Origin: Hemiscyllium ocellatum
Taxonomy: Eukaryota
Assembly: GCF_020745735.1 (NCBI RefSeq)
Contig: NC_083426.1
Location: 12,586,001-12,650,000, forward strand
DNA: 64,000 nt
Reading direction: 5' to 3'
Position 1 is the first letter of the stretch. The number at the start of each line of letters is the position of its first letter. Both the position numbers and the translations under genes were made by a program. The notes beneath the pieces were generated by a model. It was given only the letters and a program-made list of their open reading frames with translations, ran no database searches and was not told where the DNA came from. Below, in pieces: positions 1-10,392 of the stretch.

Positions 1-217
1 AACACAGCCAGATCAGCCAGGACCTTCTCAATGGCAGAGCAGGCTTCAAGGGCTGAAGGTCCCACTTCTGCATTATCGTTTCAGATTATACTTCCTAACA
101 TATACGTCACAGATATAGTGCAGTTTGTACAGAGATATAACGTATTAAGTGATATTTATTTGTATTAAGAACTTATTTTTTCTTCCAATTCCTGAAAAGT
201 TGAACATTTCTCCCCAG

Positions 218-538
218 CTTCATCAAATTTGTGGACAAACGAAAAAGTAACTGGAACTGTGGGAAGATCGATCACAATAAATTGTAGATATGACACATGG
301 TTCAAGTCCAACATGAAATACTGGTGTCTTGGTCGGTCTGCCCGTTGCTCATATTTGGTGAGAACAACTGATCCAGGTGGACAGCAAGGAAGAATGTCAA
401 TCAAAGATTACACAGCACAAGGAGTATTTGTTGTGACCATGGAGGATCTTCGCATCAAAGATGCAGGATGGTACAGCTGTGGTATTGATAGACAAGTTAT
501 TGATGAATTACGTGCTGTGAAGGTTGAAGTATCTGATG
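218..538 (+). CDS. Gene A exon: V-set Ig domain 1, CD300/pIgR type (phase 1-1)
   Basis: Acceptor ttctccccAG (216-217) and donor GTacat (539-540). Translation (A)SSNLWTNEKVTGTVGRSITINCRY...KYWCLGRSARC...DAGWYSCGID...VSD has the B/F-strand Cys plus the extra KYWC...C pair typical of CD300/pIgR V domains. Confidence 0.9.
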
Positions 539-849
539 GTACATTTCTCATTGATTTCTGTTAGTAATCTCTAATGAAATGTCTGATCAATGTTTTGTCT
601 GGGAGAAACCATGAACACTCCAATATCTCAAGGTGCCCCAGAAATGCTGATACTTGCTGGGGGGAACATAGGAACAGGAGGAGGCCATTCATCCTATTGA
701 TCCTGCCCCACACTTTGCTGCGATCATGGCTGATCGAACACTTCAATACCATTAATTTTTCCTCCCATTAATCATTAAAAATGTATCACCTTCTACTTTA
801 AATGTACAACTTAAAATCTGGTGAACCTATGATACACTCCATCTCTGGC

Positions 850-1560
850 AGTATTATCTTTTCTGAGATCAGGTGATCAAAACTGCAAACAATACTTCAG
901 GTGTGGTCTAACCAAGATCCTACACAACATCTGAAGCAAGAATTCTCAAATCCTCTTGTATTAAATGTTAATATTCCATTAGCCTTCCAAATAACTTGCT
1001 GCACCTGCAAGTTAGCCGTCAGTATCAGATAGACAAGGGCATCCAAGTGACTTTGCAAATCTGTACTTTCCAACATCTCACCATTTGAAAACTACACTGC
1101 ACATCAGCTCTTCCTACCAAAGTGGATAACCTCACATTTCTCCACATCATAGACCATTGACCAAAATCCTGCTCAATCATTAAGCATATCCAAATCCTCC
1201 TGAAGAAGTTTTGCATCTTCCTAACAACACATAATCCTTCTTTGCTTGTATCATCTGCAAAGTTGGGAATATTACATTTTGTTCCACATCCAAATCATTG
1301 ATATACATTGAGAAAAGCTGATCCTTGTGGAATCCCATTAGTCACAGCCTGCCAATGTGAGAAAGCTCAATTTATTCCTACTCTCTATTTTCTATCTGTT
1401 CACCAATCATCAATCCATGTCAGTACATTATGTCCTATACCTTGTGCTTCAACTTTGCAAACAAATCTCCTCTCCGGTTCATCTGAAAGGCCTTCTCAAA
1501 TTTCAAATGCTCTCTATCCATTAACTTAGCTTCATCAGTTTTGTTAGTAACCTTCTCAAA
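850..1560 (-). mobile_element. Decayed CR1-type LINE fragment (copy at ~43590-44300)
   Basis: RT-region remnants on the minus strand. Confidence 0.55.
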
Positions 1561-1984
1561 AAGTTCCAACAGTTCGTAAAACATAATTTTCCATTCACCA
1601 ATACACACTGACTACACAGCATTAATTCATTTTTATCCAAGTGTCCATTTATTATTATCTTTTTTGATACAGTCTAGCATTTTCCTCACAACTGATGGAT
1701 CAGTAAATCCTATTTTTCTCCTTTCTCCAATACATCATCTATCTCTATGAACACATTATTGACACTTTGGAATGCAGACTATCAGTTCTTGGGGATTTTC
1801 CAACTTTCATTAATTTCTCCAGTATATCCTTCTTACCAATACTAATGTCCTTCACCCCATCATTCTCACTTGTCAGTTGGATTTGTAAATCAACTGGATT
1901 TTTTGTATTTTCCTAACCAAAACTGTCACAAATTACTCATTTATCTGCTCTGCCATTTCTCCATTTGGTCTGTTAAATTAATAG

Positions 1985-2318
1985 AATAGAGTCGAATCCC
2001 TTCAGTGTGAAAACAGGCCCTTTGGCCCAACAGGTCTGCATTGACCATGTGAAGAGTAACCCACCCAGACCCATTCCCCTGTGGCTATTACTTGATTAAT
2101 ACCCCTAACCTACATGTCCCTGAACACTATGGGCAATTTAGCATGGCCAATTCATCTAAACTGCACATCTTAGATTTGTGTGAGAAACCAGAGCACCCAG
2201 AGAAAATACACACAGACACAAGGAGACTGTGTAAACTCCACCCAGACGGTTGCCCAAGTCTGGGATCGAACCCAGGTCCCTGTGAGGCAGCAGTACTAAC
2301 TATTGTGCCAACATGTCA
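1985..2318 (-). mobile_element. HE1-type tRNA-derived SINE (copy at ~44729-45062)
   Basis: Reverse complement shows A/B-box head (gttagtactgctgcctcac...gggttcgatccc), conserved body and CR1-like tail. Confidence 0.75.
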
Positions 2319-2949
2319 CCCATTCTCCTAACTCTCCTAACTCTGCTTTTAATGGACTCTTTGCTAAAAGTTGTTTTTCACAGCTGCAGAAGCTTTCAAC
2401 TTTATGTCTTCTTTGTTCGATTGCATTTGTATTCTCTTTTTTCCTTTGCAGTTTCAAGGTCCTCCTTGCTTAAAAAAACTTCCAATCCTCTGATTTCTGA
2501 TGGTTTTGGCCACCTTTTAGGCCTATTGTTTTAATCTTTTAAATCCTTGACTTTCTTTTATCTGTCACGGTTGATTTATCTTTCTTGAGTGGAATATTTT
2601 GTTGCTGTATGCCATGAAATAAGTCTTTAAAGACTCTCCATTGACTATCTTCTGTCCTGCCTTTTAATGTGCTTCTGTAATCCAGCGCAGAGTCGAGAGT
2701 GTGGTGCTGGAAAAGCACAGCCGGTCAGGCAGCATCCGAGGGGCAGAAGAATCAACATTTCAGCAATAAGCCCTGCATCAGGAATAATGCCCGAAACATC
2801 ACTTCTCCTGCTCATTGGATGCTGCCTGTGTTTTTCCAGCACCACACTCTTCCACTCTGATCTCCAACATCAGCATGTCCTCACTTTCTTCCAATCCAGC
2901 TCAGCCAATTTGTGCCTCTCTCTTTCTTAATTTTCCTAATTTTAAGAAC

Positions 2950-3900
2950 AACAGCATAAGAACAAAGTGCAGAAAGCGGCCGTTTGGCCCTTCGAGCCTA
3001 CTCCGCCCCTCAATAAGATAATGCCTAGTCTTTTTGTGGACTCAGCTCCACTTACCCACATTTTCACCATATCCCTTAATTCCTTTATGTTTCAAAAAGT
3101 ATCTACCTTAGCTATAAAAGGAATTACTGACGTAGCGTCAACTACTTCCCTGGGCAAGAAATTCCATAGACTAACAACCCTCTGGCTTCATGTAATAATC
3201 TATTTTTCCTACCAAATTGTATGACTTCACATTGGCTAACAGTGTATTCCATCAGCCAGATTTTTGCCCACTGATTCAATGTATCAAGTTTCTCTGCAAA
3301 GTTTCACAGTCCTCTGAACACGTTGCTCTGCCACTCATCTTCGTATCACTGGCAAATTTTGACACTGTGCATGTGGTCCCCAACTCCTCATCATCTACAT
3401 AAATTGGAAATAATTGTGGTCCTTGAGGCACACCACTAGTCACTGGTTGCCAGCCAGCATAGCACTCATTATCCCCACTCTTTGCTTCCTGTCAGTCAAC
3501 CAATCCTTGATACAAACTAATACTCTACCCCGAACACCAGGCATCCTTATCTTATTCAGCAGCCTCATGTGCAGCACTTTGTCAATGGCCTTTTAGAAAT
3601 CTAGGTACACCACATTCACTGGGTCCCCATTGTCTACCTTGATTGAAATGTCTTCACAGAATTCCAAAAGATTTGTGAAGCACAACCTGACCTTCATGAA
3701 CCCATGGGACAATTTATTTTGAGATGCCTTGCTATTCCTTCCTTGATAATAGACTCAAGCATCTTCCCCATTACATGGGCTAAGCACGCTGGTCTATAAT
3801 TCCCCACCCTCTGTCTACTTCCCTCGTTGAACAATACCGTGATGCAGAGAACCTTTGTCCCATCATGTCCGTGCTGGTCAACAAGCATCTATCTAACGTG
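2950..3900. mobile_element. Decayed CR1-type LINE fragments (copy at ~45690-46640)
   Basis: CR1 3' tail aacagcataagaac..; minus-strand GNYRP..L..VMGKMLESIIK motif. Confidence 0.6.
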
Positions 3901-4164
3901 ATCCCATGTTCCAGTACTTTGCCTATAGCCTTGTATGGTCTGGCACTTCAAGTGATCACTTAAATATATTCTCAAGTGTTCTGGAGGATCAATTACAGTC
4001 TGTTAATCTTTCAATTAATGCAATATTAAGTTGTTAATGGCATGGCTCTGTGGAGATTACAACATGAAAATACTTGGATGAAAAGATAGAAATATTGAAA
4101 TTTACAGAGTTATTTGATTTTTGGATCCTCAGTGAGTATCTGATCATTTGTTTCTTTCCCACAG

Positions 4165-4485
4165 AACCTGTGTCTGTCCCTGTAATTCGATTTTTAACAC
4201 CAAATATCTGGTGTTTTGAGAACCTAGTTTCTGTTTCCTGTGAGTCTGTCCAGGGATCCTTTCCCATTCGGTACACATGGTACGAAAGGACCCGATCTGT
4301 AGGTTCAACGATTTCTGAGAACAATATACTGGATCTACATTGTCAATTATTCAAACAACAATATAATCAATATTACTGCATAGCCTCAAACACTCAGGGA
4401 GAACAATACAGTGAAACGGTGAAAGTGACAATTGTCCACAGATCAGAGAGGAACTGCAGTTTTGTGGCACAGATTGGGAACCGAG
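4165..4485 (+). CDS. Gene A exon: C2-type Ig domain 2 (phase 1-1)
   Basis: Acceptor tttctttcccacAG and donor GTaaat. Translation (E)PVSVPVIRF...WCFE..VSCESVQGSFPIRYTWY...LDLHCQ...YYCIASN...RNCSFVAQIGNR; the CES.QGS.PI.Y.W motif is FcR/FCRL-like C2. Confidence 0.88.
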
Positions 4486-4984
4486 GTAAATAATACTTTC
4501 TGTTCAAGAAGTGCAGTTTGTTTGTTTTTATTTCATCTGTGCACTAATAGAATATAATGTATTCTCTATTTTGTGGTTACCTTTCTCCCAGACTAAATGT
4601 GTTTATATTGGAAGAGGAGTCAATTTAACTGGGCTTTCTTGAGTTAACACTGAGTGAGTTTGTTCTTCACTAAACAAATAAAATATTAATAATATAACAC
4701 ACATATACAGACATTGAGAGTATGAAGTGAGTCTAAAGAAAATAATAACAGTTAATTAAAGAGGCTGAGACTCTGAGTTGTTCATAAAGAGTGGATAGTA
4801 AAACATTACAGCCATGACAGTGGGTGTTAGTTGGAGCGCTGTGCAGTTGATTGAGATTCTTGGTGTTGAGCAGATTAATTGAAATTCATTTGTCAGGTTT
4901 GTTTTGACAAATGCTGGCTGGCAGCACTCGGAATAAGAAAGAGTTTAGGGTGAAGATTTGCTCACTGAGCTGTAGGCTTGATAT

Positions 4985-5022
4985 CCAGACGTTTCATTAC
5001 CTGGTGGTAACATCATCAGTGG
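4985..5022 (-). ncRNA. Minimal hammerhead ribozyme motif in the inverted arm
   Basis: Minus strand cca-CTGATGA-t-GTTAC(caccag)GTAAT-GAAA-C-GTC-tgg. Confidence 0.6.
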
Positions 5023-5508
5023 CGATCTCCAAGTGACACGAAGCTGTTGTCTCCTGCTTTCTATTTATATGTTTGTGGTTCCTGAGGTTTGTGGTGATGT
5101 CATTTCCTGTTCATTTTCTGAGGGGTTGATAGATGGTATCTAGATCTATGTGTTTGTTTATGGCGTTGTGGCTGGAGTGCCAGGCCTCTAGGAATTGTCT
5201 GGTATGTCTTTACTTAGCCTGTCCCAGGATAGATGTGTTGTCCCAGTCGAAATGGTGGGTTTTTTTGCCTCTGAGTGTACGGCTACAAGGGAGAGAGGGT
5301 CGTGTCTTTTTGTGGCTAGTTGGTGTTTGTGTATCCTGGTGGCTAACTTTCTTCCTGCTTGTCCTACGTAGTGTTTGTGGCAGTGCTTGCATGGAATTTT
5401 GTAGAAAACGAACAGGAAATGGCATCACCACAAACCCCAGGAACCCCATCCAGGAGAAAGATATAAATAGAAAGCAGGGGAAAACAGCTTCGCTTCTCTT
5501 GGAGGTCG

Positions 5509-5548
5509 CCACTGATGATGTTACTTAGCCAGGTAATGAAACGTCTGG
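5509..5548 (+). ncRNA. Minimal hammerhead ribozyme motif, second Penelope family (copy at 48249-48288)
   Basis: cca-CTGATGA-t-GTTAC(ttagccag)GTAAT-GAAA-C-GTC-tgg; core intact with entirely different stems. Confidence 0.65.
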
Positions 5549-6364
5549 ATATCAAACCTACAGCTCAGCGAGCAAACCAACACCCTAAACCTCAATCTGA
5601 GCTACAAACCTTCACAAACCTTACACAAAATAAGAAAGAGTGTAACCTCATTCTTTTCCCACAATGCAGGGATATTTAATGGCTGTTCACCAAACTGTGA
5701 CCTTCACATCACACTATCCACAGATCAGGAGATCTGACCACTGACACAGACAGAGAGCAGGATTGAATTTCACTTTTAACTCCTGCCTATGTGTATAACT
5801 GAAAGGGGAAAACCAAGAAAATGATCACTCAGCCAGATTGCTGACACTTCTCCCACCATGATCATAGCCTGAGATAATTCTAAGGAATGAATGAATGAAT
5901 GAGTGAGTGGATTAGCTTATGGAATGAATTAGCTTTATATTTACATACACACAATGAGTGCAGCGAAAAGGTTATATGTCACCACTTACAGTGACATCTT
6001 CGGTACAAAGGTATCTAGGTACAGCTGCTTTAGTTACAAACTCTCAGAAAATGGAAAATTAAAATGTTCAACATTGCTGAAATAAAAGACCAGAACAACG
6101 GTCTTCCAACCCATACCACGCCAACTGAACACATTTGCCTTGTTGTGTGTTTCTTCCTTTATGTCAATCCTTTTGAAGTTTATGTGACACACTGTTTTGC
6201 ACAAATTTTTAGCATCTCTCTCCACATATCCTCTGAATTCACATATGCAGTAATTTTGGCTTGATCAGTTGTCTTTAGAAATAAATATTGAAAGTAAAGT
6301 TCAATTTATAAGTGATTAAATGAAGTACAGCTGCACTTGTTGAAAATACTTTAAAAATAGAAAG

Positions 6365-6720
6365 TGGGAGTCATGGTGGTTCAGTGGTTAGATCTGCTGC
6401 CTCACAGAACCAGAGACCCAGGTGTGATTCCAGATTCAGGGAACTGACTGTGTTGGAGTTTGTACATTCTCCCTGTGTCTGCATGGGTTTCATCAGGGTG
6501 TCCGGGTTTCTTCCCACAATCCAAAGATGTGCGGGTTAGGTGAACTATCATGTTAAACAGCCCAAAGTGTTCAAGGATGTGTATGTTGAGTGGATTAGTT
6601 AGGGCGAATGTAGAGTCATAGGGGTAGGGGAATGGTTCTAGGTGGGTTGCACTTTGGATGGTCAGTATGGACGTTTTGGGCCAAATGGCCTGTTTCTACA
6701 CTGTAGGGATTTTATGATTC
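6365..6720 (+). mobile_element. HE1-type tRNA-derived SINE (copy at ~49105-49460)
   Basis: tggttcagtggttag (A box), ggtgtgattcc (B box-like), body ttctccctgtgtctgcatgggtttc, tail gggccaaatggcctgtttctacactgtagggatt. Confidence 0.8.
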
Positions 6721-7688
6721 ATTCCATGATCATGACACCCTGCCACCCTCGTTTACCGTCTCCCCACAAAAGTAGCAAATGCCCCTTGGAGAGTATTGGT
6801 CCTGATTCTTCTAGTTCATGACCTGTCCACCTTGTACAGATTCCATCTTCACCAGAATTGGACCAAGGCGTCAAGAGTCTAAATCCCTCTCTCCCCACAA
6901 TCAGGCAGCTGAGCCACTCCTGGTGCCATGGATGTGGCTTTCGCTGCATTCACCTGAGAACACATCTCCCCCAGCTGCATGGAAAAGGGAAAATCTATGA
7001 GAAAGGGAGACAGCCTCAGTGTGTTCCTGCACTCCCTGCCCAGTGTTTTCACTCTGTCTGAGTGATCTCCATTCCCTTTCTGTCAGTGCCCCCTCCACCG
7101 ACAGTGTAGTGACACCATTGCATGTGTTATCCATGAAGGTCTCAGCCTACTGGGTCCATCACAGTGACTCCAGATCACTGATGGCCATATCCAACACAGC
7201 CTAGCCATACACAACTGCCCTTGAACTTCCCTCATAGTCCCCTCTGCGGAACCCAAGCAATTCTGTTGCATTGTCTGCAAGACTACGTTACTAATAACAG
7301 TGCTTTGTAGAAGGAGTCTACTCTCTGTCTCTTTCAAAATTTAGTCCCTATCTGTAATTTTTTGAACTCCTCTTCAGTGACCCTCAAACTCTGCTGAGTG
7401 ATCAACTGAAATACTACAAAACACCCCATCTTGAGGCTATTTGATACAAACCCTGTTGCTGGGCAGAATTGAATGATGCGGTGGAAAAGCTTTGCAAATG
7501 AGTGCACATTGGATGTTACATTTCTCAGGCAATGCTGGTCTCCCTAACACAATTAGATGGATTTCACCACAAACTGCCTGAGTAGATGCGGTGGAAGGAT
7601 TCCTCTGTACTCAGTGGTAACTCATATTAAAAGTATCTGAATGTGTTGAGAAGCTATTTTCTGTTTGATGAATTCATTGTCTTTTCAG

Positions 7689-7997
7689 GTTCAGGTGTAG
7701 TGCCGGTGAAAAGTAAAGTAACAGGAGTTTTGGGAAGAGCGATCACAATAGACTGTCACTATGACCAATGGTCACAATGGTCTGTGAAAGTTTGGATGCG
7801 CCAGTGCTCTGTTTTAGTAAAATCAAGTGAACATCATGGACAACGAGGAAGGATGTCGATCACAGATAACACGACACAAAATAAATTTTCTGTTACGATG
7901 GAGGATCTTCGCTCAGAAGATGCAGGATGGTACAGCTGTGGTATTGATCAATCCGGCCTCATTTCAGTGTCTGCTATAGAGCTGCATATATCTGACG
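7689..7997 (+). CDS. Gene A exon: V-set Ig domain 3 with a 4-residue deletion in the C strand (phase 1-1)
   Basis: Acceptor cttttcAG and donor GTacat. Translation (G)SGVVPVKSKVTGVLGRAITIDCHY...VKVWMRQC...DAGWYSCGID...ISD; open frame, paralogous to domain 1. Confidence 0.85.
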
Positions 7998-9394
7998 GTA
8001 CATTTCTCAGTGATATCATTGATTATTCCCCATTGAGATGTAAGATTGATGTTTTATCTGTGAGAGAACATGACAGTTCCAGTACCCTGATGCCCCGTGA
8101 CAGTGAAAGGGTTTTGCATTTGTGGGGCGGGTAACTCAATGCTTTGCAAAAAGAATTGGAACCTTGTGGCCAAGATGACTGATCTAAAAACATCAAATTT
8201 GATGAAATGGAGTGCTGTCGTTCTTATCCTCCTTGTCCCTCCCACCAGCTAAAACATTGTGAGAGTTTACACCTCCATTCCCAATGGCTGCCTGCAGTCA
8301 TTTAACACTGAGTACAGAGGGAAGTGAATGGGGATGTGACTTTTGGTCCCTCAGCAGCAGTGGGCACCACTTGGACCTGAGCAAGTTCCCTGAAGGGGAA
8401 GAACCAGGTTCCAGTCTGGGACATGCTGTCAGTGCAGAGAGAGAGGGATGGGGCTCTGGGATGTGCTGTAATAGGTCATTCAGAGACATTTGAAGGAGAT
8501 TTTCCGCCACCAACCTTTTTGCTGATATTATTCAAGCCCATTGATATCACTCGGGAAGAATAGCCTCATACTGTCTTCAGTAGAATATCAGATTGATTTG
8601 ATCAAACAGCAGATTGGATTATTACACATCAAGGAATAGCTCATTGCATTACATCTAAGATACACAACTGCCTCTTGTGAGTCAATCAGGATCAACTTAG
8701 ATTAAGTATGCATTACTGCTTCAGCTAACATGAAGACAATCACTGAAACACTACTCGCTCTCTGGTGAACATATGCAGAACTTGTAGCCCACAAAGAGAC
8801 TCTAGTTAGCTTCTCCCAGGAACTGTGCTAAGGATGCGTCTGGTCACCAATATGTTTCGAGTATTCACTTGACGCAGAGATAAAGGAGAAATGTAACTCC
8901 ACACCCATTCACTCCGACAGAACAGGCTGACGAATGTTGAATGGGATTTTAGTCAGTAGAAACAGGAGACCCAACTGACTTATAGCTTAAAGTCATTGGC
9001 TCTGGGGACATTGAAGTAGACAGTAAATCTGACACAACATCCATTTACCCAGCATTTCTAGATTTCAGAATCCTAGAAACACAAACTGCCACCTCCTTAT
9101 GAATTTTTTAGTTAAAATATCCTTTTCAGTCACAGTGAAGCCAGACAAAGCAAATTTAAACTCTATGTTTAAGGCCAGAAAGCTTGTAACAAATATCTGC
9201 CAATTTATTGCCTTATTTTATTTCATTTTTTGTAAGTTTCTGTCCGACAGCTTTCCATTTGTAAATCAGACACTGAACCAGTTACAGTCTTTGATCTGCT
9301 CCTGAGAGAAAATATTGGCTCTGATTTCCATGTTGACACATGACCATCATCATTGCATTTGTCCTGATTTAGAGTTCTCCTAAGTTCTGATATA

Positions 9395-9885
9395 CAGTTA
9401 GTTCTGGGATAACGTACTCTTCGGCTGTGCGATTTGACGAGAACGTTGTTGAAGAATTAGGGAATGGTATTTTCAAGAACGTTTACCTCCTTTGTTACTC
9501 GCACATTTCCAGCAGGGATGGGTTTGCATGCTTCGTTCTGCACATACAGCGATGTCCGCACCAAAGTCTCCGCACTGTCCTGCACATGTGCTGATATCAG
9601 CTGCTGACAGAGCAGCTTTCCGTGAGAGGGACTGCACAGAGAGCAGCCTTCAGACATTTTTAAATGTACTGTGTTAAATTTACTTTTGTCTCATTGATAA
9701 ATATGATTTCCACCTTCATTCAGGCTGTGCTATACTTTGCGTTAGACTTTTGGGTGATATTTGAGCACTCTTGAGTGATATTTTTTGCCTGTCTGCCCTA
9801 ACCCCACTTTTCCCGTAGGCCCCATTATTTATATTCAGCGAGGTTTCACTGGAACACAACTATAGCATTATAGGGGAACCACCTG
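9395..9885. mobile_element. Tc1/mariner (Tigger/pogo-like) MITE (copy at 52135-52625)
   Basis: TA|CAGTTAGTTCTGGGATAACG ... CATTATAGGGGAACCACCTG|TA: imperfect terminal inverted repeats with TA duplication, no ORF. Confidence 0.65.
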
Positions 9886-10065
9886 TAATAGTAGACATGG
9901 GAAATCACTTTACCTGGAGTCCGGAGAGGTGTGGCGAGGGAGATATGTTGAGGATATTCCAACATACAAGCCCTGGATTAGATATAGAAGTTTAGAAATG
10001 TTAGAAAGAAGAAAGTACTTGAATGCTGTTCATGTGGTATCTGAATATCTACTTCTTTTCCCCAG

Positions 10066-10392
10066 ACCCTGTGTCTCTTCCTGAACTTAGATTTTTATCA
10101 TCTCCACCAAATGCGTCATGTTTTGGGAGCTCGGTGTCAATCTCCTGTGAATCTGTCCAGGGATCCCTCCCCATTCACTACACATGGTATGAAAGGACCC
10201 CATCTGAAGCTTCAAAGATCTCTAACACCAGTAAACTGGATCTACATTGTCAATCCTTCACACATCAACATCATCAATATTACTGCACAGCCTCAAATAC
10301 TCAAGGAGAAAAATCCAGTGAAATTGTTAATGTGTCAGTCACACACAGACCAGGGGAGAACTGCAGTTATGTGGCACAAATCAGCAACAGTG
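10066..10392 (+). CDS. Gene A exon: C2-type Ig domain 4 (phase 1-1)
   Basis: Acceptor cttcttttccccAG and donor GTaagt. Translation (D)PVSLPELRF...SCFG..ISCESVQGSLPIHYTWY...LDLHCQ...YYCTASN...ENCSYVAQISNS. Confidence 0.88.

Larger units (their letters stand above)
4943..5590 (-). mobile_element. Penelope-like fragment with ~180-bp inverted arms (copy at ~47683-48330)
   Basis: 4943-~5120 is the reverse complement of ~5400-5590; the interior encodes HHFDWDNTSILGQAK..REFLEAWHS (GIY-YIG C-terminal region) on the minus strand. Confidence 0.75.

Noticed and set aside
218-10392. Identification as CD4 or LAG-3 because of the V-C2-V-C2 order
   Set aside because: The V domains have the CD300/pIgR KYWC...C signature, each domain is a single exon (CD4/LAG-3 domain 1 is split by an intron), and no CxC Lck motif follows the gene A or gene C TM.
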